From: Candidatus Nomurabacteria bacterium
Lineage (GTDB): Bacteria; Patescibacteriota; Minisyncoccia; Phycocordibacterales; UBA918
NCBI GenBank assembly: GCA_020632155.1
Contig: JACKGE010000001.1
Coordinates: forward strand, 28,011 to 92,010
Direction of reading: 5' to 3'
Length of the DNA: 64,000 nucleotides
The first letter of the stretch is position 1; the number at the start of each line of letters is the position of its first letter. Positions 19,570-27,551 of this stretch are shown here, piece after piece. The notes below the pieces were generated by a model. The model did no database searches. It was not told where the DNA came from and saw only the letters and a list, made by a program, of their open reading frames with translations. The position numbers and the translations under genes were made by a program.

Positions 19570-19854
19570 CTACTCGATCTGTATGATATAGAAGCCGTGT
19601 TCCAAGAGGTCTTGCTGTTGCTTAAATTCATCTGGATTAAACTTTCTAACGTAACCAACTTGCTTTTTCAACACGCGACCGGTCTTTTCTCTTGTTTCAG
19701 GGTCTGAAGTTGTCCATTCCTCCAAGACGAGGACATCTCCCTCCTCTACTTCAAAATCTGCGACTCTGAATTCAAATTTCTTTTTGCCCGAGACTATCTC
19801 CTCAAAGTATTCTGGCAGTATCTTCTTTACAATACGACGAGACATAGATATCAA
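19570..19854 (-). CDS. ASCH/DUF3850-like PUA-fold protein
   Basis: 94 aa. GKKKFEFR...EGDVLVLEE pattern. Confidence 0.45.
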   Translation of the reverse strand: MISMSRRIVKKILPEYFEEIVSGKKKFEFRVADFEVEEGDVLVLEEWTTSDPETREKTGRVLKKQVGYVRKFNPDEFKQQQDLLEHGFYIIQIE

Positions 19855-19857
19855 TCA

Positions 19858-20130
19858 TTACCGGCTTTTCATAAAGCAGTCGCGGCATTTGAGGTTGTCC
19901 GTGCTGCGTGGTTCAAACGGCAATTCAGTGATAGGACCACCGCACGTAGCACACTTCCAGTCGCCAGTGAACATCTTTCGGTCAGTGGTCGGCGCAGATT
20001 GTTTGTCGCGCTCCTCGCGAGCCTTTTGGTGGCACTCGCGGCACAAGAGGCCGTCGGTACTACGGGGCTCAAACGGCAGCTCAGTGATGGCTTTGCCACA
20101 GCCACTACAGGTCCAGTTTCCTTGATGCAT
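19858..20130 (-). CDS. tandem double zinc-ribbon protein
   Basis: 90 aa. Two copies of W-x-C-x2-C-G-x-x-ITELPFEPRSTD-x-L-x-C-R-x-C. The DNA shows the same internal direct repeat. Confidence 0.5.
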   Translation of the reverse strand: MHQGNWTCSGCGKAITELPFEPRSTDGLLCRECHQKAREERDKQSAPTTDRKMFTGDWKCATCGGPITELPFEPRSTDNLKCRDCFMKSR

Positions 20131-20187
20131 AGATATGGTTTGTTGCTTAGGTATTAATAATGTAGCTACTTAGAGATGTAGTATACC

Positions 20188-21849
20188 CTACTTGGCTTCG
20201 TACGCGGCTTTCACAAAAGCAGTGAAGAGTGGGTGCGGATCAAGTGGCCGCGCTTGCAATTCTGGATGAAACTGCACACCAACAAAGAATGGGTGTTCTT
20301 CGCGTGGCAATTCAACCGCCTCCATGAGCCGTCGGTCAGGTGACTGGCCTGAGAAGACAAGTCCTCCCTCTTGGAGTTTCATGATATAGGCCGGATTCAC
20401 TTCATAACGATGACGATGACGCTCTGTTATTTCAGCCTGATGGTACGCACTCTTTACAATACTACCGGTACTAAGGTGTGCAGGATATGCACCAAGACGC
20501 ATGGTGCCGCCCATATCGCTTTGGGCTATCTTCTCTTTCTGCTCCGGCATGATATCGATAACTAAGTGTTTAGCATCAGGGTTTATCTCAGCAGTACTGA
20601 CGTCTTTCATACGTAGTTTGTTTTTAGCGTACTCAAGGACCGCCAATTGCATACCGTAACAAATACCAAAATATGGAATCTTATTTTTGCGAGCATACTC
20701 AATGACATTGAGCTTGCCTGTGATGCCGGTGGTACCAAAACCTCCCGGCACCAAAATGCCGTCAAATTCTTTAAGTCGTTTAAGTTGCTTTTTATCTTCA
20801 AAATCGAGTGAGGACACGTAGCTGATCTCGGGTTTAAGTCCCAATTTATATGACGAATACTTAATAGCCTCTAGCACCGAGATGTAGACGTCAGAGAGGA
20901 CAAAGTCCCCAGAATTAAAGTATTTGCCGACCACAGCAATCTTAACAGTGTCTTTGCCGGTCTTGGAACTGGTCACAAACCGCTTCCAGCGAGAGAGATC
21001 TGAAGTCGTGCGGCAGCGAAGCGAGAGCAAATCACAAATCTTACTCGACAACTTTTCCGCCTCATAACGCAGCGGCACATCGTAAATACTATCTACATCA
21101 GGTGCTGAAATGACATTCTCTGGCAAAACATTACAAAAGCGCGCTATTTTCTCTTTGCGCTTTTTATCAACCGGAACTGGAGCGCGAGCCAAAATGAAGT
21201 CAGCAAACACCCCCGCGCTATTGAGCAGTCTGGCAGCTGTCTGGGTTGGCTTGGTCTTCATTTCACCGATACTACCTGGTACCGGCAGGTAGGAAACCAT
21301 GACCACTGCCACATCCTCCGGCTGTTCGGTCTTTAACATGCGTACCGCCTCAAGAAAGAGAATGTTTTGATATTCACCCACCGTACCGCCGATTTCAATG
21401 AGCGCCACGTCTGCGGCCGATTTTTTGGCAGCATGTTTAATGCGCGAAATGACTTCAAGCGGAATGTGCGGAACCACCTCTACATTGTGTCCGCCGTACT
21501 CAAGATTGCGTTCTTTGCGAATGACTGACTGGTACACACTGCCCGTGGTCATGTAGTTGATGGCTGGCATATCAGTACCCAAAAAGCGCTCGTAGTTGCC
21601 CATGTCTTGGTCAGTCTCAAGACCGTCCTTGAGGACAAATACCTCACCGTGTTCGGTTGGGTTCATAGTGCCCGCATCGACGTTGATATAGGGGTCAATC
21701 TTAAGAGCGGTAACAGACAAGCCGCGCGCTTGGAGTATCTTAGCGATCGATGAGGAGGCCACTCCTTTACCAACCCCACTCATAACACCACCGACGACAA
21801 AGATGTATTTGGTCTTCTTTGTCGCTTGTTTCGCTGTTCGTTTTTTCAT
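20188..21849 (-). CDS. pyrG: CTP synthase
   Basis: 553 aa. N-terminal synthase domain plus a C-terminal glutamine amidotransferase domain (GICYGMQ). Confidence 0.95.
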   Translation of the reverse strand: MKKRTAKQATKKTKYIFVVGGVMSGVGKGVASSSIAKILQARGLSVTALKIDPYINVDAGTMNPTEHGEVFVLKDGLETDQDMGNYERFLGTDMPAINYMTTGSVYQSVIRKERNLEYGGHNVEVVPHIPLEVISRIKHAAKKSAADVALIEIGGTVGEYQNILFLEAVRMLKTEQPEDVAVVMVSYLPVPGSIGEMKTKPTQTAARLLNSAGVFADFILARAPVPVDKKRKEKIARFCNVLPENVISAPDVDSIYDVPLRYEAEKLSSKICDLLSLRCRTTSDLSRWKRFVTSSKTGKDTVKIAVVGKYFNSGDFVLSDVYISVLEAIKYSSYKLGLKPEISYVSSLDFEDKKQLKRLKEFDGILVPGGFGTTGITGKLNVIEYARKNKIPYFGICYGMQLAVLEYAKNKLRMKDVSTAEINPDAKHLVIDIMPEQKEKIAQSDMGGTMRLGAYPAHLSTGSIVKSAYHQAEITERHRHRYEVNPAYIMKLQEGGLVFSGQSPDRRLMEAVELPREEHPFFVGVQFHPELQARPLDPHPLFTAFVKAAYEAK

Positions 21850-21867
21850 TACACTTAGAACGTGAAT

Positions 21868-22788
21868 TTACACCCGCAAGTAACGAGAGACTGCTAACAC
21901 ACTGGAGATAAGACCAAGCGCCATACCAGAGCCAACAAGGACACTGAAAATGTGTACAAAATCATTTACAAAGTATTCAAAGAGATTGAATTGGAAGAAC
22001 GACTCACTGGCCGGACCGATCCAGAGCACCACCGGATAGAGAATAAGGATGGCAACTACTCCGGCAATAAGACCATACATGAGTCCTTGGAGCATGAACG
22101 GGCCACGAATGAAGGTATTACTCGCTCCCACGAGTCGCATAACAGAGATTTCCTCACGAGTAGTGTAGATAGCAAGGCGAATAGTATTAAACGTGATAAG
22201 TACCGCCGCAATCATCAAAACTGCCAAGGTAATAACGCTCGCTTTTTGCGCTGCACCGATGATACCGGTGAGTTTATCGATCGAACCTTTGTTCTTAAAG
22301 TAGTTCACCTCGTCGATAAGTGGTGCCTGCGGTTCTTCGAGGGCACGCTGCTCTTCAATGAACGTAGCGATGTTCTCATACTGCGTGGTATCAGCCGCTT
22401 TGATAGCCAATGAAGCGCCAAGCGGGTTGTCACCAAGTTCTTCGAGCGCTTGGATGGTGAGTTCATCGTTCTTATGTCGTTCGCGGAATTGGGTAAGCGC
22501 TTCATCGCGTGAGGTATAGCGGACCTCAGTCACTTCATCCATAGCTTCGAGGCGTGCGACAAGCGCATCTATATCTTCTTGCGAAGCAGTGGTAACGAAG
22601 TAGAGATTAATATCTACCTTGTCTTGAATGTTCTTGAGGGTAACGCCGAGGAGTTGGTCACTCAGCATCGTGGCGCCGATAACCAACAGCGCTACGGTCA
22701 TCACAAAGATGGACGCCAGTGACACAAAAGCGTTTCGCCAAAAACCAACGAAACCTGAACGAACAATTCTTTTAAAACCAGTCCACAT
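21868..22788 (-). CDS. ftsX: cell-division permease FtsX
   Basis: 306 aa. 4-TM FtsX topology with a large periplasmic loop. Immediately downstream of ftsE. Confidence 0.8.
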   Translation of the reverse strand: MWTGFKRIVRSGFVGFWRNAFVSLASIFVMTVALLVIGATMLSDQLLGVTLKNIQDKVDINLYFVTTASQEDIDALVARLEAMDEVTEVRYTSRDEALTQFRERHKNDELTIQALEELGDNPLGASLAIKAADTTQYENIATFIEEQRALEEPQAPLIDEVNYFKNKGSIDKLTGIIGAAQKASVITLAVLMIAAVLITFNTIRLAIYTTREEISVMRLVGASNTFIRGPFMLQGLMYGLIAGVVAILILYPVVLWIGPASESFFQFNLFEYFVNDFVHIFSVLVGSGMALGLISSVLAVSRYLRV

Positions 22789-22888
22789 GATTACTTACAG
22801 AATACCTAAAAAAACTAATTATCGAAATGATTAACGCGGTGCATAAGTGGCTAGGCTAGCTAGAAAAGGTCGCGTCAACCCCTTAGAC

Positions 22889-23572
22889 TTAGAGCACATA
22901 CTTACCTTCTTGATCATCACGCACAATACGACCTTCATCCATGGTGATAACGCGGCGGCCAAGCTCATCGATAACCCCTTTGTTGTGTGTGGTCATGATG
23001 ACGGTAGTGCCAAGATCGTTAATCTTACGAAGAATCTGCACCACCTCGTAGGTAGCGATTGGGTCTAGGTTACCAGTCGGCTCGTCAGCGATGATGATGT
23101 CCGGTTGGTTCACAATGGCGCGCGCAATGGCCACGCGCTGCTTCTCACCACCGGATAGCTCGTGCGGGAAGTTCCAAGATTTATCTTCAAGATCAACGAG
23201 AGCGAGCGCTTGCGGTACGTTCTCCATAATCTCATCATCAGCGCGGCCATTGGCCTCCATCGCAAAGGCAATGTTCTCAAACGCAGTTTTGTGTGGGAGT
23301 AGCTTAAAGTCCTGAAAGACGGTACCTATCTTGCGACGGTATTTGGGAAGTTTCACTCGCGGTATCTGATGGATATCAAGTGACTCAAAGAATACCTGAC
23401 CGGTAGTTGGACGTTCCTCAGCAATAAGCATCTTCAGCAAGGTCGACTTGCCGGCACCTGAGTGGCCAACGATAGAGACAAATTCCTTCGGCGCTACCTG
23501 AAAGGTAACGTCTTCAATGGCTATGGATTGCCCTGCGTTGTAGTACTTCGAAACCTTATCGAAATAGATCAT
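22889..23572 (-). CDS. ftsE: cell-division ATP-binding protein FtsE
   Basis: 227 aa. Walker [13 protein letters not shown] signature LSGGEKQR, Walker B IIIADEP. Confidence 0.9.
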   Translation of the reverse strand: MIYFDKVSKYYNAGQSIAIEDVTFQVAPKEFVSIVGHSGAGKSTLLKMLIAEERPTTGQVFFESLDIHQIPRVKLPKYRRKIGTVFQDFKLLPHKTAFENIAFAMEANGRADDEIMENVPQALALVDLEDKSWNFPHELSGGEKQRVAIARAIVNQPDIIIADEPTGNLDPIATYEVVQILRKINDLGTTVIMTTHNKGVIDELGRRVITMDEGRIVRDDQEGKYVL

Positions 23573-23620
23573 AACGTGTTACTCCGACATTATACTCTGG
23601 TGGCGCGACTGTGTCCAAAA

Positions 23621-24502
23621 TTAACTCTGGAGTAGCTTTTCGGCCTCAATAAACGCCTCAATGTCGCCACCTAAGACCGCATCGACATTACGGACTTCGG
23701 TATTGGTGCGATGGTCTTTAACTAGCTGATACGGATGGAGTACGTAGGAACGTATCTGGCTGCCCCACTCGATCTTGACCGTCTTTTCAACCGAAAGACC
23801 TTTGAGCTCGCGCGCACGCTGCTGCTCCATAAAGGCAAATACTTTACCTGCAAGGAGTGACAGCGCCCGTTCGCGGTTCTGTTGCTGACTGCGCTCACTG
23901 GAGACATGAACTGATATGTTAGTCGGTTTATGGGTGATACGAACCGCTGTCTCACGCTTGTTTACATTTTGCCCGCCGGCCCCGCCTGAACGCGCAAAAG
24001 AAACATCAAGATCATCCTCCTTAAGGTCCACATCGGTAGTATCCTCCACCTCTGGTGACACCTCAACCAGTGCAAACGAGGTCTGCCGCTTACCGTTAGC
24101 ATTAAACGGCGAGATGCGTACCAGACGATGAACACCTGACTCGCGCTGCAGCGTACCATACGCTTCTTTACCTACCAGCGCCATAACTAAGTTACGGTAC
24201 CCGCCGTGATCATTTTGGTTCTCGTCGAGCACAAAGACAGACCAGCCCTTTTGCTCAGCGTATCGCTGGTACATCTCAGCTAACATGCGCGCAAAATCCT
24301 CGGCGTCGTCTCCCCCTGCGCCCGCCACGATGGTCAAGATAGCGTTGGCGCGGTCATACTTGCCCTTCCCGTCGGCCTGATCCTTGAGTTCTTGGAGCTC
24401 CTTAATCATTGCCTGCGCTTTCTGCGAGTCATTCCAAAAATCCGGCTGCAGCATTGCCGCTTCTATCTCGGTTATTCGTAGCTGCGGATCGTTCATGGTC
24501 AT
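23621..24502 (-). CDS. prfB: peptide chain release factor 2, N-terminally short and with no frameshift site
   Basis: SPF tripeptide (RF2-specific) and GGQ motif. Start placed at the MTMNDPQ Met. The ORF-track extension to 24646 runs through a perfect terminator palindrome. Confidence 0.85.
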   Translation of the reverse strand: MTMNDPQLRITEIEAAMLQPDFWNDSQKAQAMIKELQELKDQADGKGKYDRANAILTIVAGAGGDDAEDFARMLAEMYQRYAEQKGWSVFVLDENQNDHGGYRNLVMALVGKEAYGTLQRESGVHRLVRISPFNANGKRQTSFALVEVSPEVEDTTDVDLKEDDLDVSFARSGGAGGQNVNKRETAVRITHKPTNISVHVSSERSQQQNRERALSLLAGKVFAFMEQQRARELKGLSVEKTVKIEWGSQIRSYVLHPYQLVKDHRTNTEVRNVDAVLGGDIEAFIEAEKLLQS

Positions 24503-24509
24503 GAGTATA

Positions 24510-24554
24510 GCAAAAAGCCTCAAAAATAGCTTTGCTATTTTTGAGGCTTTTTGC
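24510..24554. terminator. perfect 21-bp-arm palindrome with flanking A/T runs
   Basis: GCAAAAAGCCTCAAAAATAGC-TTT-GCTATTTTTGAGGCTTTTTGC. It sits about 10 nt upstream of the prfB start. Confidence 0.6.
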
Positions 24555-24557
24555 GTT

Positions 24558-24574
24558 TTGAGCCAATGTCCGGG
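24558..24574. repeat. 17-nt exact copy of the tRNA-Thr(GGT) 3' end
   Basis: TTGAGCCAATGTCCGGG is identical to 24716..24732. Both copies sit right after a hairpin plus T-run. Confidence 0.8.
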
Positions 24575-24681
24575 TGAGGCAGTCTGGGAGACTGCCGCAA
24601 GACTTTGTCTAGTATTTCTAGAATTTATGAATAGAAATACTGACAAGGTGTACTGATCCTGTAAGGAGGAATTGGCTCAAT

Positions 24682-24715
24682 AAAAACAGACCCTCTTGAG
24701 GAGAGTCTGTTTTTA
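24682..24715. terminator. hairpin plus T-run downstream of tRNA-Thr(GGT)
   Basis: AAAAACAGACCCTC-TTGA-GGAGAGTCTGTTTTT. It is part of a longer palindrome that runs into the tRNA acceptor stem. Confidence 0.5.
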
Positions 24716-24718
24716 TTG

Positions 24719-24791
24719 AGCCAATGTCCGGGATTGAACCGGAGACCTCCGCCTTACCATGGCGGCGCTCTACCGACTGAGCTACATTGGC
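24719..24791 (-). tRNA. tRNA-Thr(GGT)
   Basis: Acceptor GCCAAUG/CAUUGGC, anticodon stem CCGCC/GGCGG with loop AUGGUAA, and a T-arm with UUCAAUC. Confidence 0.85.
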
Positions 24792-24949
24792 AAAAAGGCG
24801 GGGGAACATGACGGGTTCAGATTGTCCCCCCGCGACCGACGCCTCCCGGCGCTGGTGTTGCGCCTAGCTGACTGGGGCCTCGACGCCCCGCTATCCTACC
24901 AAAAAAGAAATTGAAAACAAAGTCCGCATGTACTACCATTGAGTGCGCC

Positions 24950-25022
24950 GCCACCTTAGCTCAGTTGGTAGAGCGTTGCATTCGTAACGCAAAGGTCCGC
25001 AGTTCAATCCTGCGAGGTGGCT
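24950..25022 (+). tRNA. tRNA-Thr(CGT)
   Basis: Acceptor GCCACCU/AGGUGGC, D-arm GCUC-AGUUGGUA-GAGC, anticodon loop UUCGUAA, and T-arm CGCAG-UUCAAUC-CUGCG. Confidence 0.8.
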
Positions 25023-25030
25023 CAAAATAC

Positions 25031-25052
25031 AAAAAGCCCCTAGGGGCTTTTT
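25031..25052. terminator. bidirectional terminator AAAAAGCCCCTAGGGGCTTTTT
   Basis: Perfect palindrome with A and T runs, between tRNA-Thr(CGT) and the end of the 25056..25673 gene. Confidence 0.65.
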
Positions 25053-25055
25053 GTA

Positions 25056-25673
25056 TTACCGCAGGTAGATACGTGGTCCGTCTTTGACGGTATAGAAATA
25101 GTAGTACATGGTGGTAGCAATAAGTGCGCCACCAAAATTGAAACACAGGTCAAGCATCGTATTATCGTAGCCGCCGACACCATTTTGCATATTAAGAGAT
25201 ATGAGAAATTCCATGATCTCATTAAGACCACTGATACCAACAGAAATAAGCACCGCCATGAGAAACACGAGGAGGTCATGACGCTTTACTCCCGCCACGG
25301 CGCGAATGACGTGGTAGGACATAATGGCTACCAGACCATAGAGATACCCGTGTACGACTTGGTCGTACTTCAAAACATAGAATTCACCACCCCTATCAAT
25401 AAGCGGAAAGATGCGCTGAGCAAAGAGCACATGATCACCAATATGGACCGCCCCGCCAAGCACGTGCATGAGGCCCCAGATTGACAGTCCCCACAGCATC
25501 CACGTTGGAAATTTACTACGCGGCGCAGTCAAGAAGACACCACCTAGGATTAGTATCAAAACACCGACGTAGATAATGAACTCGAGGTTGCCACTTTGCA
25601 GAAAGTACATTGCCCCGATGAGTAGGTACAGGGCCGTAAAGACTATGACCCCTAAGTGTCCACGTGTAAGCAT
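25056..25673 (-). CDS. integral membrane protein (DUF2238-like)
   Basis: 205 aa, 6-7 predicted TM helices. Confidence 0.5.
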   Translation of the reverse strand: MLTRGHLGVIVFTALYLLIGAMYFLQSGNLEFIIYVGVLILILGGVFLTAPRSKFPTWMLWGLSIWGLMHVLGGAVHIGDHVLFAQRIFPLIDRGGEFYVLKYDQVVHGYLYGLVAIMSYHVIRAVAGVKRHDLLVFLMAVLISVGISGLNEIMEFLISLNMQNGVGGYDNTMLDLCFNFGGALIATTMYYYFYTVKDGPRIYLR

Positions 25674-25971
25674 TGGTTTTATTGTAGCAGCCCGAAAGAA
25701 AAAACTACACAGCTAATTTGTACAGTTTTTTTCTTAAATGTTGCGGGGTGAGAAGCGCATATTTAGAGCTTCGCAAGACTTTGAGTGTTTGACGCAAAGT
25801 ATACAGGTTCTGTAAGAACCGGAATCGAGGGTCAAGTTTCTAAGTAAAATGTTCGTTCCTCGCATTTTACTAAGAACTTTCTCCCCGGTCTCACTCGTGG
25901 CATAGCCACATCGTTCCGACTGTTCGATTCCGACGAGAGCCAAGCGATTGGCTCTCTGGTCTCCGCACCCA

Positions 25972-26014
25972 AAGAACGAAAGAGACTGGCAGGAAGCCAG
26001 TCTCTTTCGTTCTT
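25972..26014. terminator. 19-bp perfect hairpin downstream of tRNA-Met
   Basis: AAGAACGAAAGAGACTGGC-AGGAA-GCCAGTCTCTTTCGTTCTT. Confidence 0.55.
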
Positions 26015-26016
26015 GT

Positions 26017-26085
26017 TGCGGGGCCCGGAATCGAACCGGGGTCTGGAGGTTATGAGCCTCCCGAGGTACCTCTCCTCTACCCCGC
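26017..26085 (-). tRNA. tRNA-Met/Ile2 (CAT), short D-arm
   Basis: Anticodon stem GGAGG/CCUCC with loop CUCAUAA, and T-arm CCCGG-UUCGAUU-CCGGG. The exact ends are uncertain. Confidence 0.6.
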
Positions 26086-26183
26086 TATGTGATTGCTGTA
26101 TTAAGCGACCTCATCCTCTATCCCGCTTAAAATGCTTTTTGTGGGCGATACTATAGCGTAAAAACGGCATTTATTCAAATCCT

Positions 26184-26888
26184 TTGTTATACTCCTCCTG
26201 TATGCAATGTGTCATTCTGGCCGCTGGTAAAGGAACGCGGCTCCGGCCACTGACTGATTCGTCACCCAAACCACTGGTCAAAGTTGCTGGCAAAACACTT
26301 CTTGATCATATCGTTGAAGCGCTACCAACTGCAGTGGACGAACTCATTATTGTAACGGGGTACTTGGGTGAGATGATTGAGGAATACTGCGGACAAAAGT
26401 TTTATGGCCGTCCGGTCACGTATGTCAAACAAAAAGAACAGAACGGTACTGCCAAAGCGCTATGGCTTTGCAAAGATATGCTTAAGGGACGCTTCTTGTT
26501 TATGTTTGCAGATGATATACACGGGAAAGCGGATATTGCCCGTGCCACCTCATATAGTCGCGCCATGCTCGCTATGACAAGCGATACTCCAGAACGTTTT
26601 GGAGTGGTTGTACGAAACCCAGATGGAACGCTGTGTGAAATGATAGAAAAACCAAGTCACGCGCCATCAAACTTAGTATCAACCGGCGTTATGGTTCTTG
26701 ACCAGCATATCTTTGAATTTGAACCACAAACACCCGTCGATGGGGAGTATTATCTAACTGAGGTGCTGGAACGATACGCGCAGCAATACCCCGTAGCCGT
26801 TGTAGAAGAACATACTTGGATTCCCATTGGTTACCCAGAAGATATCAGCGCAGCCGAAAAGCGTTTAGACGGCTTAGCTATTGGTTGA
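26184..26888 (+). CDS. sugar-phosphate nucleotidyltransferase
   Basis: 234 aa. ILAAGKGTRLRPLT glycine-rich NTP-transferase motif. The likely true start is MQCVIL, 6 codons in. Confidence 0.7.
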   Translation: MLYSSCMQCVILAAGKGTRLRPLTDSSPKPLVKVAGKTLLDHIVEALPTAVDELIIVTGYLGEMIEEYCGQKFYGRPVTYVKQKEQNGTAKALWLCKDMLKGRFLFMFADDIHGKADIARATSYSRAMLAMTSDTPERFGVVVRNPDGTLCEMIEKPSHAPSNLVSTGVMVLDQHIFEFEPQTPVDGEYYLTEVLERYAQQYPVAVVEEHTWIPIGYPEDISAAEKRLDGLAIG

Positions 26889-26943
26889 ATAATACCAAGG
26901 TGAATGGTATGCTTTTGCCACTTTGTGTAACACAAGTTCCATT

Positions 26944-27017
26944 GTCGGGGTAGCTCAGACGGTTAGAGCGTAGGACTCATAAACCTAAGGTCGTGGGTTC
27001 GATTCCCACCCCCGGCA
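26944..27017 (+). tRNA. tRNA-Met/Ile2 (CAT)
   Basis: Acceptor GUCGGGG/CCCCGGC, anticodon loop CUCAUAA, and T-arm GUGGG-UUCGAUU-CCCAC. Confidence 0.8.
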
Positions 27018-27141
27018 CAATGAAAGACCTTAAGTCTTTCAGTTGACGGTGGTGGCGCATCTGTCCCTTTTTTGGGACAGGAGCAGGAATCGAAGAGGTT
27101 GCCAGCCGCTTGCGGCGACAACCTGTACTGAAACGGTACGT

Positions 27142-27164
27142 TTCGATTCCCACCCCCGGCACAC
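27142..27164. repeat. 22-nt exact copy of the tRNA-Met(CAT) 3' end
   Basis: TTCGATTCCCACCCCCGGCACA is identical to 26998..27019, about 125 nt downstream of the tRNA after two hairpins. Confidence 0.8.
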
Positions 27165-27285
27165 GGCAAGGGTTTACCTTTCAGCAGAAAGTGTATATAC
27201 TCTTGCAACTGCGGTGGTAAGCGAAAGCTTTCCCCGCTGCGTCCGCAAGTCAAAGACAAACAAGTTTTTCCTTGATTGCTCACTT

Positions 27286-27360
27286 GCGGTGGTAGCTCAA
27301 TTTGGTTAGAGCACCCGCCTGTCACGCGGGAGGTTGCGGGTTCAAGTCCCGTCTACCGCG
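27286..27360 (+). tRNA. tRNA-Asp(GTC)
   Basis: Acceptor GCGGUGG/CUACCGC, anticodon stem CCCGC/GCGGG with loop CUGUCAC, and T-arm GCGGG-UUCAAGU-CCCGU. Confidence 0.85.
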
Positions 27361-27367
27361 CAGTTAG

Positions 27368-27394
27368 AAAACACCGGCCCTGTGCCGGTGTTTT
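27368..27394 (+). terminator. rho-independent terminator after tRNA-Asp
   Basis: AAAACACCGGC-CCTGT-GCCGGTGTTTT. Confidence 0.65.
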
Positions 27395-27527
27395 CGTGTG
27401 CGGTAGGAGCAAAGTGCTTGAGCACTTTCCGTCGGGACTTGAACACCGGAATGATGTGAGTTTACGAACAAATGAGGTGTGTCCCGCGGCTCTTCACGAG
27501 CCGCAGCGAGTTTAGAGACCGTCAGGA

Positions 27528-27551
27528 CAAGTCCCGTCTACCGCGCAGTTA
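27528..27551. repeat. 24-nt exact copy of the tRNA-Asp 3' end
   Basis: CAAGTCCCGTCTACCGCGCAGTTA is identical to 27343..27366, about 170 nt downstream. A 10-nt copy of the tRNA 5' end (TGCGGTGGTA) also occurs at about 27210. Confidence 0.8.

Noticed and set aside
24503-24646. N-terminal 48-codon extension of the prfB ORF, and the 63-aa ORF 24618..24809
   Set aside because: The extension reads through a perfect 21-bp-arm terminator palindrome. The 63-aa ORF overlaps tRNA-Thr(GGT).
25680-25970. Possible ncRNA (tmRNA, RNase P or SRP) in the hairpin-rich spacer upstream of tRNA-Met, including a GTTCGATTCC T-loop-like motif
   Set aside because: No complementary T-stem, no acceptor pairing and no P4 or SRP conserved motifs. 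It is probably promoter or terminator structure plus one of the tRNA-fragment repeats.
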